Assembly (NCBI GenBank): GCA_964648765.1 | Contig: CAZYLF010000001.1 | Span: 480,632 to 544,631, forward strand | Reading direction: 5' to 3' | Length of the DNA: 64,000 nt | DNA from: an uncultured Candidatus Saccharibacteria bacterium | Lineage (GTDB): Bacteria > Patescibacteriota > Minisyncoccia > Phycocordibacterales > JACOZG01 | In this document: positions 1-9,354 of the stretch, one piece after another | Layout: the number at the start of each line of letters is the position of its first letter | Position numbering within the stretch: the first letter of the stretch is position 1 | The notes under the pieces: model-generated | Databases searched by the model: none | What the model was told of the DNA's origin: nothing | Seen by the model: only the letters and a program-made list of their open reading frames with translations | Program-made: the position numbers and the translations under genes

Positions 1-87
1 GTGCACAACGTGCATTATATTGATCGAGGTTATGAGAAACTTGAAGAACGCTTGAGACAGATTGGTTTAAATATTAAAAAAGAATAA
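1..87 (+). CDS. murA: UDP-N-acetylglucosamine enolpyruvyl transferase, 3' end (partial)
   Basis: Frame 1 reads VHNVHYIDRGYEKLEERLRQIGLNIKKE*; IDRGYE is the MurA C-terminal motif; stop overlaps the mreB ATG. Confidence 0.85.
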   Translation: MHNVHYIDRGYEKLEERLRQIGLNIKKE

Positions 88-1103
88 TGTCATTTTTAGT
101 TAGCAAATTAGGAATTGATTTAGGTACGGCGAATACGCTGGTTTTTTTGCCGGGCAAAGGGATTGTGCTTAATGAACCATCGGTGGTGGCGATGTCTTTA
201 ACTACTAACCAAGTGGTGGCCGTGGGTTTGGAGGCCAAAGAAATGATCGGCAAAACTCCAGATAACATTGTGGCTTACAGGCCAATGAAGGACGGCGTGA
301 TCGCGGATTACAAAGTTACAGAAGCGATGCTCCGATATTATATCCGTAAGTCGATTGGTAAATGGAATATTTTAAAACCCGACGTGATGGTGAGTGTGCC
401 AGCCGGCGTGACCTCCACCGAGCGCCGGGCAGTAATTGAGGCAGCGGTGAAGGCAGGCGCGCGCAATGCTTATGTAGTGAAGGAGCCAATTTTGGCGGCT
501 ATTGGCGCGGGTATCCCAATTAATGAAGCTCGCGGACATATGGTGGTAGATATTGGTGGTGGCACCACGGACGTGGCGGTAATCTCGCTTGGCGGTATTG
601 TGGCTTCCACTTCGGTAAAGTATGCCGGTAATAAAATTGATCAAGCAATTGCCGATTATATTAAAAAAACTTTTAACCTCGCGATTGGCGATAAAACTGC
701 CGAAGAAGTAAAAATTAAAATCGGCTCGGCGGTGCCAGTGGAGGAAGAACTAACTTACACAATAAAAGGCAGAGATTATTTAACAGGTTTACCTCGACCA
801 GCTGAAATTAAAACAAATGAAATTTGCAAAGCTATTGATAATGAATTGAGAGAAATTATCAAGGCCATTAAAGTGGTGTTTCAAGATACGCCACCAGAAC
901 TTTCAGCAGATATTATTGACCACGGCATCACTATGACGGGCGGATCATCACTACTCCGCAATTTACCTGAACTCGTTTTCCGTCGCACGGGAGTGAAGGC
1001 GCAAGTGGCGGAGAACGCGCTTTATTGTGTGGCTACTGGCACAGGTGTGGCCTTGGAACACTTAGGAGTTTATAAAAAATCGATAATTAGTAAAAAATAC
1101 TAA
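87..1103 (+). CDS. mreB: Rod-shape actin MreB/Mbl paralog 1
   Basis: GIDLGTANT, EPSVVA, DIGGGTT motifs; 338 aa. Confidence 0.95.
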   Translation: MSFLVSKLGIDLGTANTLVFLPGKGIVLNEPSVVAMSLTTNQVVAVGLEAKEMIGKTPDNIVAYRPMKDGVIADYKVTEAMLRYYIRKSIGKWNILKPDVMVSVPAGVTSTERRAVIEAAVKAGARNAYVVKEPILAAIGAGIPINEARGHMVVDIGGGTTDVAVISLGGIVASTSVKYAGNKIDQAIADYIKKTFNLAIGDKTAEEVKIKIGSAVPVEEELTYTIKGRDYLTGLPRPAEIKTNEICKAIDNELREIIKAIKVVFQDTPPELSADIIDHGITMTGGSSLLRNLPELVFRRTGVKAQVAENALYCVATGTGVALEHLGVYKKSIISKKY

Positions 1104-1105
1104 AA

Positions 1106-1711
1106 TTGGATTTATTTACTCATCACGCCTATTTGTGTGTAAGTGAACCAGTTTTTACTTTTGATCTTGGGCAGTTTACGGTTAGACGCTACGATTTACC
1201 GACGCTTAATATTGAAACTTCACGAGCGATAATTACTGAAGCAAGCTTCAGGCCGGAGGGAGATAAAATTGGGAAGATTTTTATAATTATTTTTGATAAA
1301 ACTACGCTGGAGGCAGGGGAGGCTTTGCTTAAAGTTTTAGAAGAACCACCAGCAGATACAAAAATTTTTATTGTTACGCAGGATCATTCATCACTGCCAC
1401 TTACCTTACTTTCGCGTTTAATGATTTGGGATACAGAGCCGGTGGCAAGTTCGGGGGATTTAAAAAGTAAAGTGAAGAAATTTGTGGAATCCAATCCTGA
1501 GGAAAGACTCACGCAAATCACAAACTTTTTTGACTGTGCTGAAGAGGCCATAAACGAGCTTGAGGTTTTAGTAAATAAAAAGTTTAAAGGTGAAGATCGC
1601 GCCCGCGCTCTAAGTCTCCTCATTGAATCCCGCACCTTCCGCCGCGAACCCTCAATGGTCCCCAAACTTTTATGGGAACACCTCGCCCTATCGCTACCGC
1701 TTGACAGGTAG
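1106..1711 (+). CDS. holB: DNA polymerase III delta'-like protein (shortened)
   Basis: ALLKVLEEPP and LPLTLLSR (sensor-like) motifs; no Walker A or Zn module. Confidence 0.7.
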   Translation: MDLFTHHAYLCVSEPVFTFDLGQFTVRRYDLPTLNIETSRAIITEASFRPEGDKIGKIFIIIFDKTTLEAGEALLKVLEEPPADTKIFIVTQDHSSLPLTLLSRLMIWDTEPVASSGDLKSKVKKFVESNPEERLTQITNFFDCAEEAINELEVLVNKKFKGEDRARALSLLIESRTFRREPSMVPKLLWEHLALSLPLDR

Positions 1712-1729
1712 ACTAAATGGGTGTATAAA
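1701..1729 (+). promoter_or_regulatory. Sigma70-type promoter of accessory cassette
   Basis: TTGACA-17 nt-TATAAA, embedded in the holB 3' end. Confidence 0.7.
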
Positions 1730-1798
1730 GTTATTTGGTTTGAGTAGAATTGTACTACTCTGAAGGAAATGGTTTGAATGCAAAAGGAAAGGCAGAAA

Positions 1799-2041
1799 AT
1801 GAAAAATAGGAGGTATAAACCAGCTAACTTCGAATCTATCAGTGTGGCACTCAGGAACATGAAAACAATCGCCAAGAAGGAAGGTGGAAAAGTGGAGGTT
1901 ATCTTCAATTCCACCAAGATTACCGTTAGTGCCAATAGCAATTTGAAGTTCATCCAAAGGCAGTGGTTCAAAACACAATACCCCACCAGTTGGCGTGATT
2001 ACTATCCCGACGGCAAGAACTTTGGTCCCGTTTGGCACTAA
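1799..2041 (+). CDS. Small basic hypothetical protein (accessory cassette)
   Basis: ORF with GAAAGG SD before ATG 1799 (alternative start 1778); own promoter and terminator. Confidence 0.65.
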   Translation: MKNRRYKPANFESISVALRNMKTIAKKEGGKVEVIFNSTKITVSANSNLKFIQRQWFKTQYPTSWRDYYPDGKNFGPVWH

Positions 2042-2079
2042 TCGTTTATTTGGAAGCCCATGAGTGTCGTTGTGATCCA

Positions 2080-2110
2080 GCCCGCGCGCAAAGTGTGCGG
2101 GCTTTTTTTA
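2080..2110 (+). terminator. Intrinsic terminator
   Basis: gcccgcgc-gcaaa-gtgtgcgggc hairpin followed by a T7 run. Confidence 0.8.
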
Positions 2111-2137
2111 TTTGTTAAAAAAGGTTAGACTAGGATT

Positions 2138-2692
2138 ATGTCTAACTACAATTTTGCGCCGTTTAAGAGTAAGACCAGTGAGATGATCGAGTGGTTGTCT
2201 AAAGAACTCGCCACTATCCGCACTGGGCGGGCCACACCCATGATTTTAGAACAAGTCATGGTTAAGGCTTACGATAGCAAAGTGCCAATCAAGCAAATTG
2301 CCTCAATCTCTATTGAGGACGCCCGTAGCCTTAAGGTAACTCCATGGGACAAATCTCAAACTAAGGATATTGAATCAGCAATTAGCCAAGCTAATCTCGG
2401 TGTCTCCGTTTCTGGAGATTCAACCGGACTCCGTGTAATCTTCCCTAGCCTTACTGAGGAGGGGAGAAATAATTTGATGAAGTTAGTTAAAAATAAAGCG
2501 GAGGAGGCTAAAGTAACCTTGCGCGGTGAGCGAGAGAAAACTCAAAATGATATTCAAGCTAAAGAAAAGGATGGTGAGATGAGCGAGGATGAAAAATTTA
2601 GATACAAGAATGAATTACAAAAATTAGTGGAGGAGAAAACAGCTGAGATGGAAGCTTTAGTGGCCAAAAAGGAGAAGGAGATAATGAGTTAA
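2138..2692 (+). CDS. frr: Ribosome recycling factor
   Basis: IRTGRATP motif; ends KEKEIMS; 184 aa. Confidence 0.95.
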   Translation: MSNYNFAPFKSKTSEMIEWLSKELATIRTGRATPMILEQVMVKAYDSKVPIKQIASISIEDARSLKVTPWDKSQTKDIESAISQANLGVSVSGDSTGLRVIFPSLTEEGRNNLMKLVKNKAEEAKVTLRGEREKTQNDIQAKEKDGEMSEDEKFRYKNELQKLVEEKTAEMEALVAKKEKEIMS

Positions 2693-2694
2693 AT

Positions 2695-3780
2695 ATGACG
2701 ATCATTATTTTCATCGCGATTCTCGCTATTCTTATTATCTCGCATGAGCTTGGGCATTTTTTAATTGCTAAATGGTCTGGCTCAAGAGTGGATGAGTTTG
2801 GACTTGGTTTTCCTCCACGTATTTGGGGTATTAAAAAAGGCGAGACAATTTATTCGATAAACTGGATTCCGTTTGGGGGGTTTGTAAAAATTTTTGGTGA
2901 GGATCCCACTAAAGACGCGTCCACTGACGAGCGGAGTTTGGCTAATAAGCCTCGGCTTTGGCAGGCGGCAGTGCTCGTGGCTGGCGTAACGTTTAATATG
3001 ATTTTTGCCTGGCTTTTGTTTGCTATTGGTTTTGCCACAGTTGGTTTGCCAGTTTCAACTAGTGAATTACCTGCACATTATCAGGCCACAGATGTTTTAA
3101 CCACCGTAATTGCCGTTACTCCTGAGTCACCAGCCTTTGCTTCGGGGGTAAAACCAGGCGATAAAATTAAAGCGATTACTGTTGGCTCAAATCGGATTGT
3201 GACTCCAAAAGTGGAAGAGATTCAAGCCTTAATTAAAAATTCAAACAAAAAAGATGTGGTGCTAGAGTATGAGAGAAATCAAAAAAATGAGATCATCTCA
3301 ATTACTCCCAAAGAGCTTGCTACGGGTTTAGGTATAGGTGTGGCACTTGATGAGATTGGCAAACTTAAATTAAATGTCCCTCAAGCTTTAGTGGCGGGCT
3401 GGCAATCCACATGGACAGCCGCTGTTTTCACTGTTCAGAGTTTTGGTGATTTGTTTGCCAGTCTGGGTAAGGGCGATAGCGAAGTTTTAAAACAAGTGAG
3501 CGGCCCGGTAGGGATTGTGGGTTTGGTGGGCGAGGCCTCGAGTGCAGGTTGGGCTTCATTGATCCTTTTAACCTCGCTTATTTCAATCAACCTCGCAGTT
3601 CTAAATTTGATCCCATTCCCAGCACTTGATGGTGGGCGTTTGGCAATCTTATGTATTGAGGCGATCTCACGTCGAAAAATCAAAACCTCAATTGTAAATG
3701 GTATTAACCTCGTCGGCTTCTCTCTCCTTATCATCATGATGCTCGCTGTAACCTTCTCCGATATTGCCAAGCTTTTTTAG
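2695..3780 (+). CDS. rseP: RseP-like M50 intramembrane metalloprotease with PDZ domain
   Basis: HELGH and NLIPFPALDGG motifs. Confidence 0.93.
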   Translation: MTIIIFIAILAILIISHELGHFLIAKWSGSRVDEFGLGFPPRIWGIKKGETIYSINWIPFGGFVKIFGEDPTKDASTDERSLANKPRLWQAAVLVAGVTFNMIFAWLLFAIGFATVGLPVSTSELPAHYQATDVLTTVIAVTPESPAFASGVKPGDKIKAITVGSNRIVTPKVEEIQALIKNSNKKDVVLEYERNQKNEIISITPKELATGLGIGVALDEIGKLKLNVPQALVAGWQSTWTAAVFTVQSFGDLFASLGKGDSEVLKQVSGPVGIVGLVGEASSAGWASLILLTSLISINLAVLNLIPFPALDGGRLAILCIEAISRRKIKTSIVNGINLVGFSLLIIMMLAVTFSDIAKLF

Positions 3781-3821
3781 CGTTTTGACCTTGTTAAAAT
3801 ATTAGCGTAAGATTGGGGCAA

Positions 3822-5069
3822 ATGCGTCAAAGTACTTTACCCACCAAAACCCGCAAAGAAGCCCCAAATAATGAGGTGGCTAAAAATGCCAGTTTGTTGA
3901 TCCGAGCGGGATTTATCGCTAAGGAGCTATCCGGAGTCTACTCATATTTACCTTTAGGTCTTAAAGTTTTAAATAAAATAAATAATCTCATCCGTAAAGA
4001 GATGGAGGGTTTGGGCGCCACTGAAGTCCAGATGTCATCCCTTCAAAACATGGACACTTGGCGGCTGAGCGACCGTCACGAGCTTGATGTGTGGTTTAAA
4101 ACTAAACTTCGCGAGGGTGGTGAACTTGGTTTGGGTTGGACTCATGAGGAAGCGGTGACAACGATGATGAAGGATCACATTGGATCATATCGTGATTTAC
4201 CTCGGGCGATTTATCAAATTCAAACCAAGTTTAGGAATGAGGAACGCGCCAAGAGTGGACTCTTGCGTGGTCGAGAATTTTTAATGAAAGATATGTATTC
4301 ATTCCACGTAGATGAAAAAAGTTTGGATGAATTTTATGACAAAGTTAAAAGTTCATATTTAAAAATTTTTAAGGAGGTTGGTTTGGGTAAATCTACTTAC
4401 CTCACCGTGGCTTCAGGTGGCGCATTCTCTGAGTGGAGTCATGAGTTCCAAACTGTTTCTGAAACAGGTGAAGATACGGTTTATATCCAAGACGGGAGCG
4501 ACGTGGCGATTAATGATGAAGTTTATAGTGAGGAGGTGGCACAAAAGTTTGGTCTGGATCCAAAACGTTTAACCACTAAAAAAGCGATTGAAGTTGGTAA
4601 TATTTTTAAATTAGGCACACGTTTTAGCGAGCCAATTGGTTTGAAGTATGTAGATGAAAAATCAGAATCAAAACCAGTAATTATGGGTAGTTATGGTCTT
4701 GGGCCTTCGCGATTGATGGGAGTGATTGCTGAAACGCTGTCGGATGATAAGGGTTTGGTGTGGCCCAAGAGCGTGGCGCCATTTAAAGTTCAATTAATTT
4801 TGATAACCAAAAATAAAGACAGTGAGACTGTAAAAAAAGCGAACGAATTTTACGATAATTTGATAAAAAGAAATGTGGAAGTGCTATACGACGACCGTGA
4901 GGCCACCGCTGGCGAGAAGTTAGCCGATGCGGATTTATTTGGTATTCCGCATCGTTTGGTAATTAGCGATAGGAGTTTGGAGGCCGGCGGAGCAGAGTGG
5001 AAGGAGCGCACAGGGAGTGAGGCAAAGGTAATAAGTTTTGCGGAAGCGCTTAAAAAAATTAATGAATAA
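3822..5069 (+). CDS. proS: Proline-tRNA ligase (short form without editing domain)
   Basis: QTKFRNEERAKSGLLRGREFLMKDMYSF and IEVGNIFKLG motifs. Confidence 0.93.
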   Translation: MRQSTLPTKTRKEAPNNEVAKNASLLIRAGFIAKELSGVYSYLPLGLKVLNKINNLIRKEMEGLGATEVQMSSLQNMDTWRLSDRHELDVWFKTKLREGGELGLGWTHEEAVTTMMKDHIGSYRDLPRAIYQIQTKFRNEERAKSGLLRGREFLMKDMYSFHVDEKSLDEFYDKVKSSYLKIFKEVGLGKSTYLTVASGGAFSEWSHEFQTVSETGEDTVYIQDGSDVAINDEVYSEEVAQKFGLDPKRLTTKKAIEVGNIFKLGTRFSEPIGLKYVDEKSESKPVIMGSYGLGPSRLMGVIAETLSDDKGLVWPKSVAPFKVQLILITKNKDSETVKKANEFYDNLIKRNVEVLYDDREATAGEKLADADLFGIPHRLVISDRSLEAGGAEWKERTGSEAKVISFAEALKKINE

Positions 5070-6126
5070 ATGGTTACAAAAAATTTATCGGGCGTTTTCG
5101 CCTGATATTGGTGTTGATTTAGGCACCGCCAACACGCTGGTGTATTTGGCAGGTCATGGGGTAGTAATTAATGAGCCAACCATTGTGGCGCTTAATGAAA
5201 AGACCGGCCGCCTGGTGGCGATCGGTAATGATGCCAAGCAAATGATCGGCCGCACGCCTGCGCACATTTCAGTGATACGCCCTTTGGTAGACGGCGTAAT
5301 TTCTAACTTTGAGATTACTGAAGAAATGCTTGCATATTTTATTCGTCGAGCGCGTAAAATGGATTCTAAAAAGTTTTTACGACCGAGAGTTTTGGTGGGC
5401 GTGCCATCGGGTATTACTAACGTGGAGATCCGGGCGGTGCGTGACGCGGTAAAAAACGCTGGCGCGAGAGAGGTGCACATTGTGGAGGAGCCAATGGCCG
5501 CAGCAATTGGAATTAAGATGCCGATCCATGATCCCGTGGGTAGTTTTATTGTGGACGTGGGTGGTGGCACTTCAGATATTGCCGTGATCTCTCTTGGCGG
5601 AATTGTGAAGTCAAAAAATTTACGAGTGGCCGGTGATCATTTAAATCGTGACATTATCGCTTATGTGCGAGATGAATTTAAAATTTTGTTAGGAGAGAAA
5701 ACGGCTGAGGAGGTGAAGCTTGCGATTGGCTCAATTTGGAATGAGGGTGAAGCGCTGGAGGCAATTGTGCGCGGTAGAGATTTGGTAACTGGTTTACCAA
5801 AAGAGGTGGTGCTCACCGATGCTGATATTAAAGAAGCAATTGCCAAATCAATCGTTCTCTTAATTGAGGGGGTTAAGGAGGTTTTGGAGGCTACCCCGCC
5901 AGAAGTAATTTCTGATGTGATGCATAAAGGTATTGTGCTAGTGGGTGGCGGTTCGTTGGTACGCGGACTTAGAGAAGTGCTTGAAAAGGAGTTAAAAATC
6001 CCTGTTCATATGTCTGATGACCCGCTTACCGCTGTTGTGCGAGGCACAGGTGTTGTGCTTGAGAGATTTGATAATTATGCAGAAATTTTAATTGAAGACG
6101 ATGACATTAGACAACAAGACGTTTAA
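5062..6126 (+). CDS. mreB: Rod-shape actin MreB paralog 2
   Basis: DLGTANT and DVGGGTS motifs; directly upstream of mreC. Confidence 0.95.
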   Translation: MNKWLQKIYRAFSPDIGVDLGTANTLVYLAGHGVVINEPTIVALNEKTGRLVAIGNDAKQMIGRTPAHISVIRPLVDGVISNFEITEEMLAYFIRRARKMDSKKFLRPRVLVGVPSGITNVEIRAVRDAVKNAGAREVHIVEEPMAAAIGIKMPIHDPVGSFIVDVGGGTSDIAVISLGGIVKSKNLRVAGDHLNRDIIAYVRDEFKILLGEKTAEEVKLAIGSIWNEGEALEAIVRGRDLVTGLPKEVVLTDADIKEAIAKSIVLLIEGVKEVLEATPPEVISDVMHKGIVLVGGGSLVRGLREVLEKELKIPVHMSDDPLTAVVRGTGVVLERFDNYAEILIEDDDIRQQDV

Positions 6127-6931
6127 GGATTCGTATACTTTTCGCCGTAAATCAAATTATGGCTGGCAAAAAGTTATTTGGTTAGTTGCAAGTTTAATTT
6201 TTGTGTATTTTGGTGGGCGCTATTTTTTTAATTTACTCCGACCAACAGCGGTAGATATTTCTCGCCCAATTTTAAAAGCTGAAAATGGTGCATATGAGAC
6301 GGCCGACACTTGGCAGGGTTTATTTAAATCAAAAGTAAGTCTTGAGGCAGAAAACGATCGTCTGAAAACAGAACTCGAGATTCTTCAATTACAAAGTCTT
6401 GGTTATGGAATTTTAATTGAGGAGAATAATCGTCTAAGAGAAATATTGGGACGTAGGAGTGGACAAGATACACCCATAATTGCTTCGATTTTAGCTACAC
6501 CTGATGATTTTCCTTACGGTTTAATTTTGATTGATGTTGGAAGAAGTAATAGTACTCGTTTAATAAAAGTTGGTGATGATGTAAGGGTGGGGAGTAATGT
6601 GATATTAGCGCGAATTGTGGAAGTGAGCGACACATACTCTAAGGCGAGATTGCTCTCGGCCAGTGGTGAGACCACGCCGGTTATAATTGGCGGTGACAAT
6701 CTGGCCGCGGAAGCCAAAGGTTTAGGTGGGGGTAACTTTTCTGTATCGCTTCCTCGTGGTGTGAACGTGGAAATCGGAGATCAAATTAAATTACCGAGTG
6801 AGAAAGTGGAATTAGTGCTTGGTGTAGTGGCTGAGATTAAAGGCGAACCAAGTGACCCATTTCAGGAAGTATTTTTCAAAAGTCCAATTAATGCAAATGA
6901 GGTAAGAAATGTTGAAATTTATGTTAATTAG
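6101..6931 (+). CDS. mreC: Rod shape-determining protein MreC
   Basis: N-terminal TM, coiled coil (ENNRLREILG), synteny after mreB. Confidence 0.88.
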   Translation: MTLDNKTFKDSYTFRRKSNYGWQKVIWLVASLIFVYFGGRYFFNLLRPTAVDISRPILKAENGAYETADTWQGLFKSKVSLEAENDRLKTELEILQLQSLGYGILIEENNRLREILGRRSGQDTPIIASILATPDDFPYGLILIDVGRSNSTRLIKVGDDVRVGSNVILARIVEVSDTYSKARLLSASGETTPVIIGGDNLAAEAKGLGGGNFSVSLPRGVNVEIGDQIKLPSEKVELVLGVVAEIKGEPSDPFQEVFFKSPINANEVRNVEIYVN

Positions 6932-7187
6932 ATTATTTTCATTTCTGACTATGTTTTTTGTGGCAATCCTATTACCGGCTTGGGGTGTACTCACAGTGTC
7001 ATTAATTGGTCTTGTCTTGTTTGATAAATTTTACGAAGCAATTTTTGCTGGGTTTTGGTTTGATCTACTGTATGGTTCAAGTGCGCTTTCAGTTACCACA
7101 ACATTTTATTTAACACTTATTTCCATTTTGATGTTCTTTTTAGTAATTTTTTTGAAACGAATTGTTTACACTCATGCTCAAATCTAA
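6921..7187 (+). CDS. mreD: Small membrane protein, MreD-like by position
   Basis: Hydrophobic; GFWFDLLYG motif; lies between mreC and PBP2. Confidence 0.6.
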   Translation: MLIRLFSFLTMFFVAILLPAWGVLTVSLIGLVLFDKFYEAIFAGFWFDLLYGSSALSVTTTFYLTLISILMFFLVIFLKRIVYTHAQI

Positions 7188-8868
7188 AAAGAATTACTCA
7201 ATTGATCCTGATGAAATTTTCCTCGACTCCACTAATTTACCATCTCTTGATGATCAACAATTTGAAGGGAGATTGGAAAAGCCAATTGCTCGGTCAAGTT
7301 TTTATCTTTTAGGTTCGATTTTCATACTAATTTCACTTGGATTTACAATTAAAGCAGCAAATCTACAATTAATTAAAGGCGACGAATTTGCCACTCGAAG
7401 CCAAAATAATACCTTACGCCACATTCCACTTTTTGCAGAGCGCGGGGTAATTTATGACCGTAATAAAGTTGAGCTTGCTAGAAATAATCCATCCCGAGAA
7501 TATTCTACAACTACTGGACTATCTAATCTCTTGGGTTACATCAGTTATCCATCTGAAGATGATTTAAAACAGACAAATTTCAATCACAAGGAGTTAATTG
7601 GTAAGGATGGAGCCGAAAAGCTTTTCGATACAGAGCTTAAGGGTGTTGTCGGTACCAAAATTGAGGAAGTAGATGTGCAGGGTGAAGTTCGTACAGATTA
7701 TATTCTTGTTGAGCCCAAAGATGGCCAAGAGGTCATCCTCTCGATAGATTCACGAGTACAAGGTGAATTGGCAAGGCTAATTGAGAATTTGGCCCAAGAT
7801 AAAGGCTTCGGTGGTGGGGCTGGAGTAGTTTTAGATATTAAAAGCGGGGAAATATTGTCCATTGTGACTTATCCCGAGTATGATTCTCAAATCTTGGCCG
7901 ATGGTAAGGATGTAAAAAAAATTCAAGACTTTTTGACTAACCCAAGTAATCCATTTCTTAATCGAGCGTTATTTGGTCTCTATACCCCCGGTTCAATTTT
8001 TAAACCAATTGTAGCTGTAGGTGCTTTAAGCGAGGGGATCATCGATCCAGAAAAAAAGATTTTGAGCACGGGCCAACTTGAATTACCAAATCCATATTTC
8101 CCCGATAAGCCATCAATTTTTAAAGACTGGAAAGCGCACGGTTATGTAAATATGCGAGATGCAATTGCGGTGTCCTCAAACGTTTATTTTTATAACATTG
8201 GTGGCGGATTTGAAAACCAAAAGGGTTTAGGAATTAAACAAATTGAGCACTACGCTAGGCTATTTGGTTTGGGGGAGTCCATGAATGTGGATGGAATTGA
8301 AACAGCAAAAGGTGTTGTAGCCAACCCCATCTGGAAGGCTGAAAATTTTGAAGATAAAGATTGGCGTGTGGGTGACACTTATCATACCTCAATTGGTCAG
8401 TACGGCATGCAGGTTACGCCACTCCAAATGGCGCGAGCGATTGGCGCAATTGCTAATGGCGGCGTGCTGGTGACTCCTACTTTTTTAAAAACCGAAAGGT
8501 TAAATGTTTCTGGCGCAGGGGGTATTAAGCTCCCGCTAAAAGATGAAAATTTAAAAATTGTGCGGGAGGGGATGCGACAAGGTGTGGAGAAAGGCACCGC
8601 CACCAGCCTTTCAGTACCGTTTGTAAAAGTGGCCGCCAAAACTGGGACGGCGGAAATTGGTTTGGTGAAAGCTGATGTGAACTCTTGGGTAGCGGGCTTC
8701 TTCCCATATGATGATCCGCAGTTTGCTTTTGCTGTGGTAATGGAAAAAGGTAGGAGAGAAAATTTAATTGGTAGCCCATCTATAATGCGAGCACTTTTAG
8801 ACTGGATGAATCACAACACTCCTGAGTACTTTAATAAAGAGATTGACCCGAGCCTCGATCCGAGGTAA
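7174..8868 (+). CDS. mrdA: Penicillin-binding protein 2 (class B)
   Basis: PGSIFK (SxxK), SSN and KTG motifs; mre operon context. Confidence 0.9.
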   Translation: MLKSKKNYSIDPDEIFLDSTNLPSLDDQQFEGRLEKPIARSSFYLLGSIFILISLGFTIKAANLQLIKGDEFATRSQNNTLRHIPLFAERGVIYDRNKVELARNNPSREYSTTTGLSNLLGYISYPSEDDLKQTNFNHKELIGKDGAEKLFDTELKGVVGTKIEEVDVQGEVRTDYILVEPKDGQEVILSIDSRVQGELARLIENLAQDKGFGGGAGVVLDIKSGEILSIVTYPEYDSQILADGKDVKKIQDFLTNPSNPFLNRALFGLYTPGSIFKPIVAVGALSEGIIDPEKKILSTGQLELPNPYFPDKPSIFKDWKAHGYVNMRDAIAVSSNVYFYNIGGGFENQKGLGIKQIEHYARLFGLGESMNVDGIETAKGVVANPIWKAENFEDKDWRVGDTYHTSIGQYGMQVTPLQMARAIGAIANGGVLVTPTFLKTERLNVSGAGGIKLPLKDENLKIVREGMRQGVEKGTATSLSVPFVKVAAKTGTAEIGLVKADVNSWVAGFFPYDDPQFAFAVVMEKGRRENLIGSPSIMRALLDWMNHNTPEYFNKEIDPSLDPR

Positions 8869-8878
8869 TATTACGCGG

Positions 8879-9343
8879 ATGCAAAAAGATAAAAATTACT
8901 TTAGCCCCGAGAAGTATGAGGAGCTAAAAGAGGAGTTAGTGGAATTATCAACCATTAAGCGTCGAGAGGTAGCTGAGCGTTTAGACTACGCTAAGTCACT
9001 TGGAGATCTATCAGAAAATGCTGAGTATCATGCGGCTCGTGAGGATCAGTCAGAACTTGAAAGTCGCATTGCGGCGCTAGAGGTAATGCTTAAGGACTCT
9101 GAAATTATTAAAGATAAACATGGCAGCACAGTGGAGGTAGGCACAACACTTACGGTACGAAAAAAAGATGGCAAGGAAGAGAAGTATACGATTGTGGGTG
9201 CTGAGGAAGTAGACATGGCCAATCACCGAATCTCGTTTCAGTCTCCTTTAGGTTCTAGTTTGCTTGGTAAAAAAGGTGGCAGCACTGTGGCCGTAGACAC
9301 TCCTCGTGGTAAAACAGAGTACACAATCGTCTCAATAAATTAA
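8879..9343 (+). CDS. greA: Transcription elongation factor GreA
   Basis: GDLSENAEY and SPLGSSLLG motifs; TAATAT -10 box 7 nt before ATG. Confidence 0.95.
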   Translation: MQKDKNYFSPEKYEELKEELVELSTIKRREVAERLDYAKSLGDLSENAEYHAAREDQSELESRIAALEVMLKDSEIIKDKHGSTVEVGTTLTVRKKDGKEEKYTIVGAEEVDMANHRISFQSPLGSSLLGKKGGSTVAVDTPRGKTEYTIVSIN

Positions 9344-9354
9344 CATAAAGCCAA

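Noticed and set aside
87-6126. Two mreB genes as a novelty
   Set aside because: MreB/Mbl paralogy is well known in monoderm bacteria.
8852-8865. Short palindrome cctcg-atc-cgagg in the greA promoter
   Set aside because: 5-bp arms inside coding sequence; too weak to call an operator.
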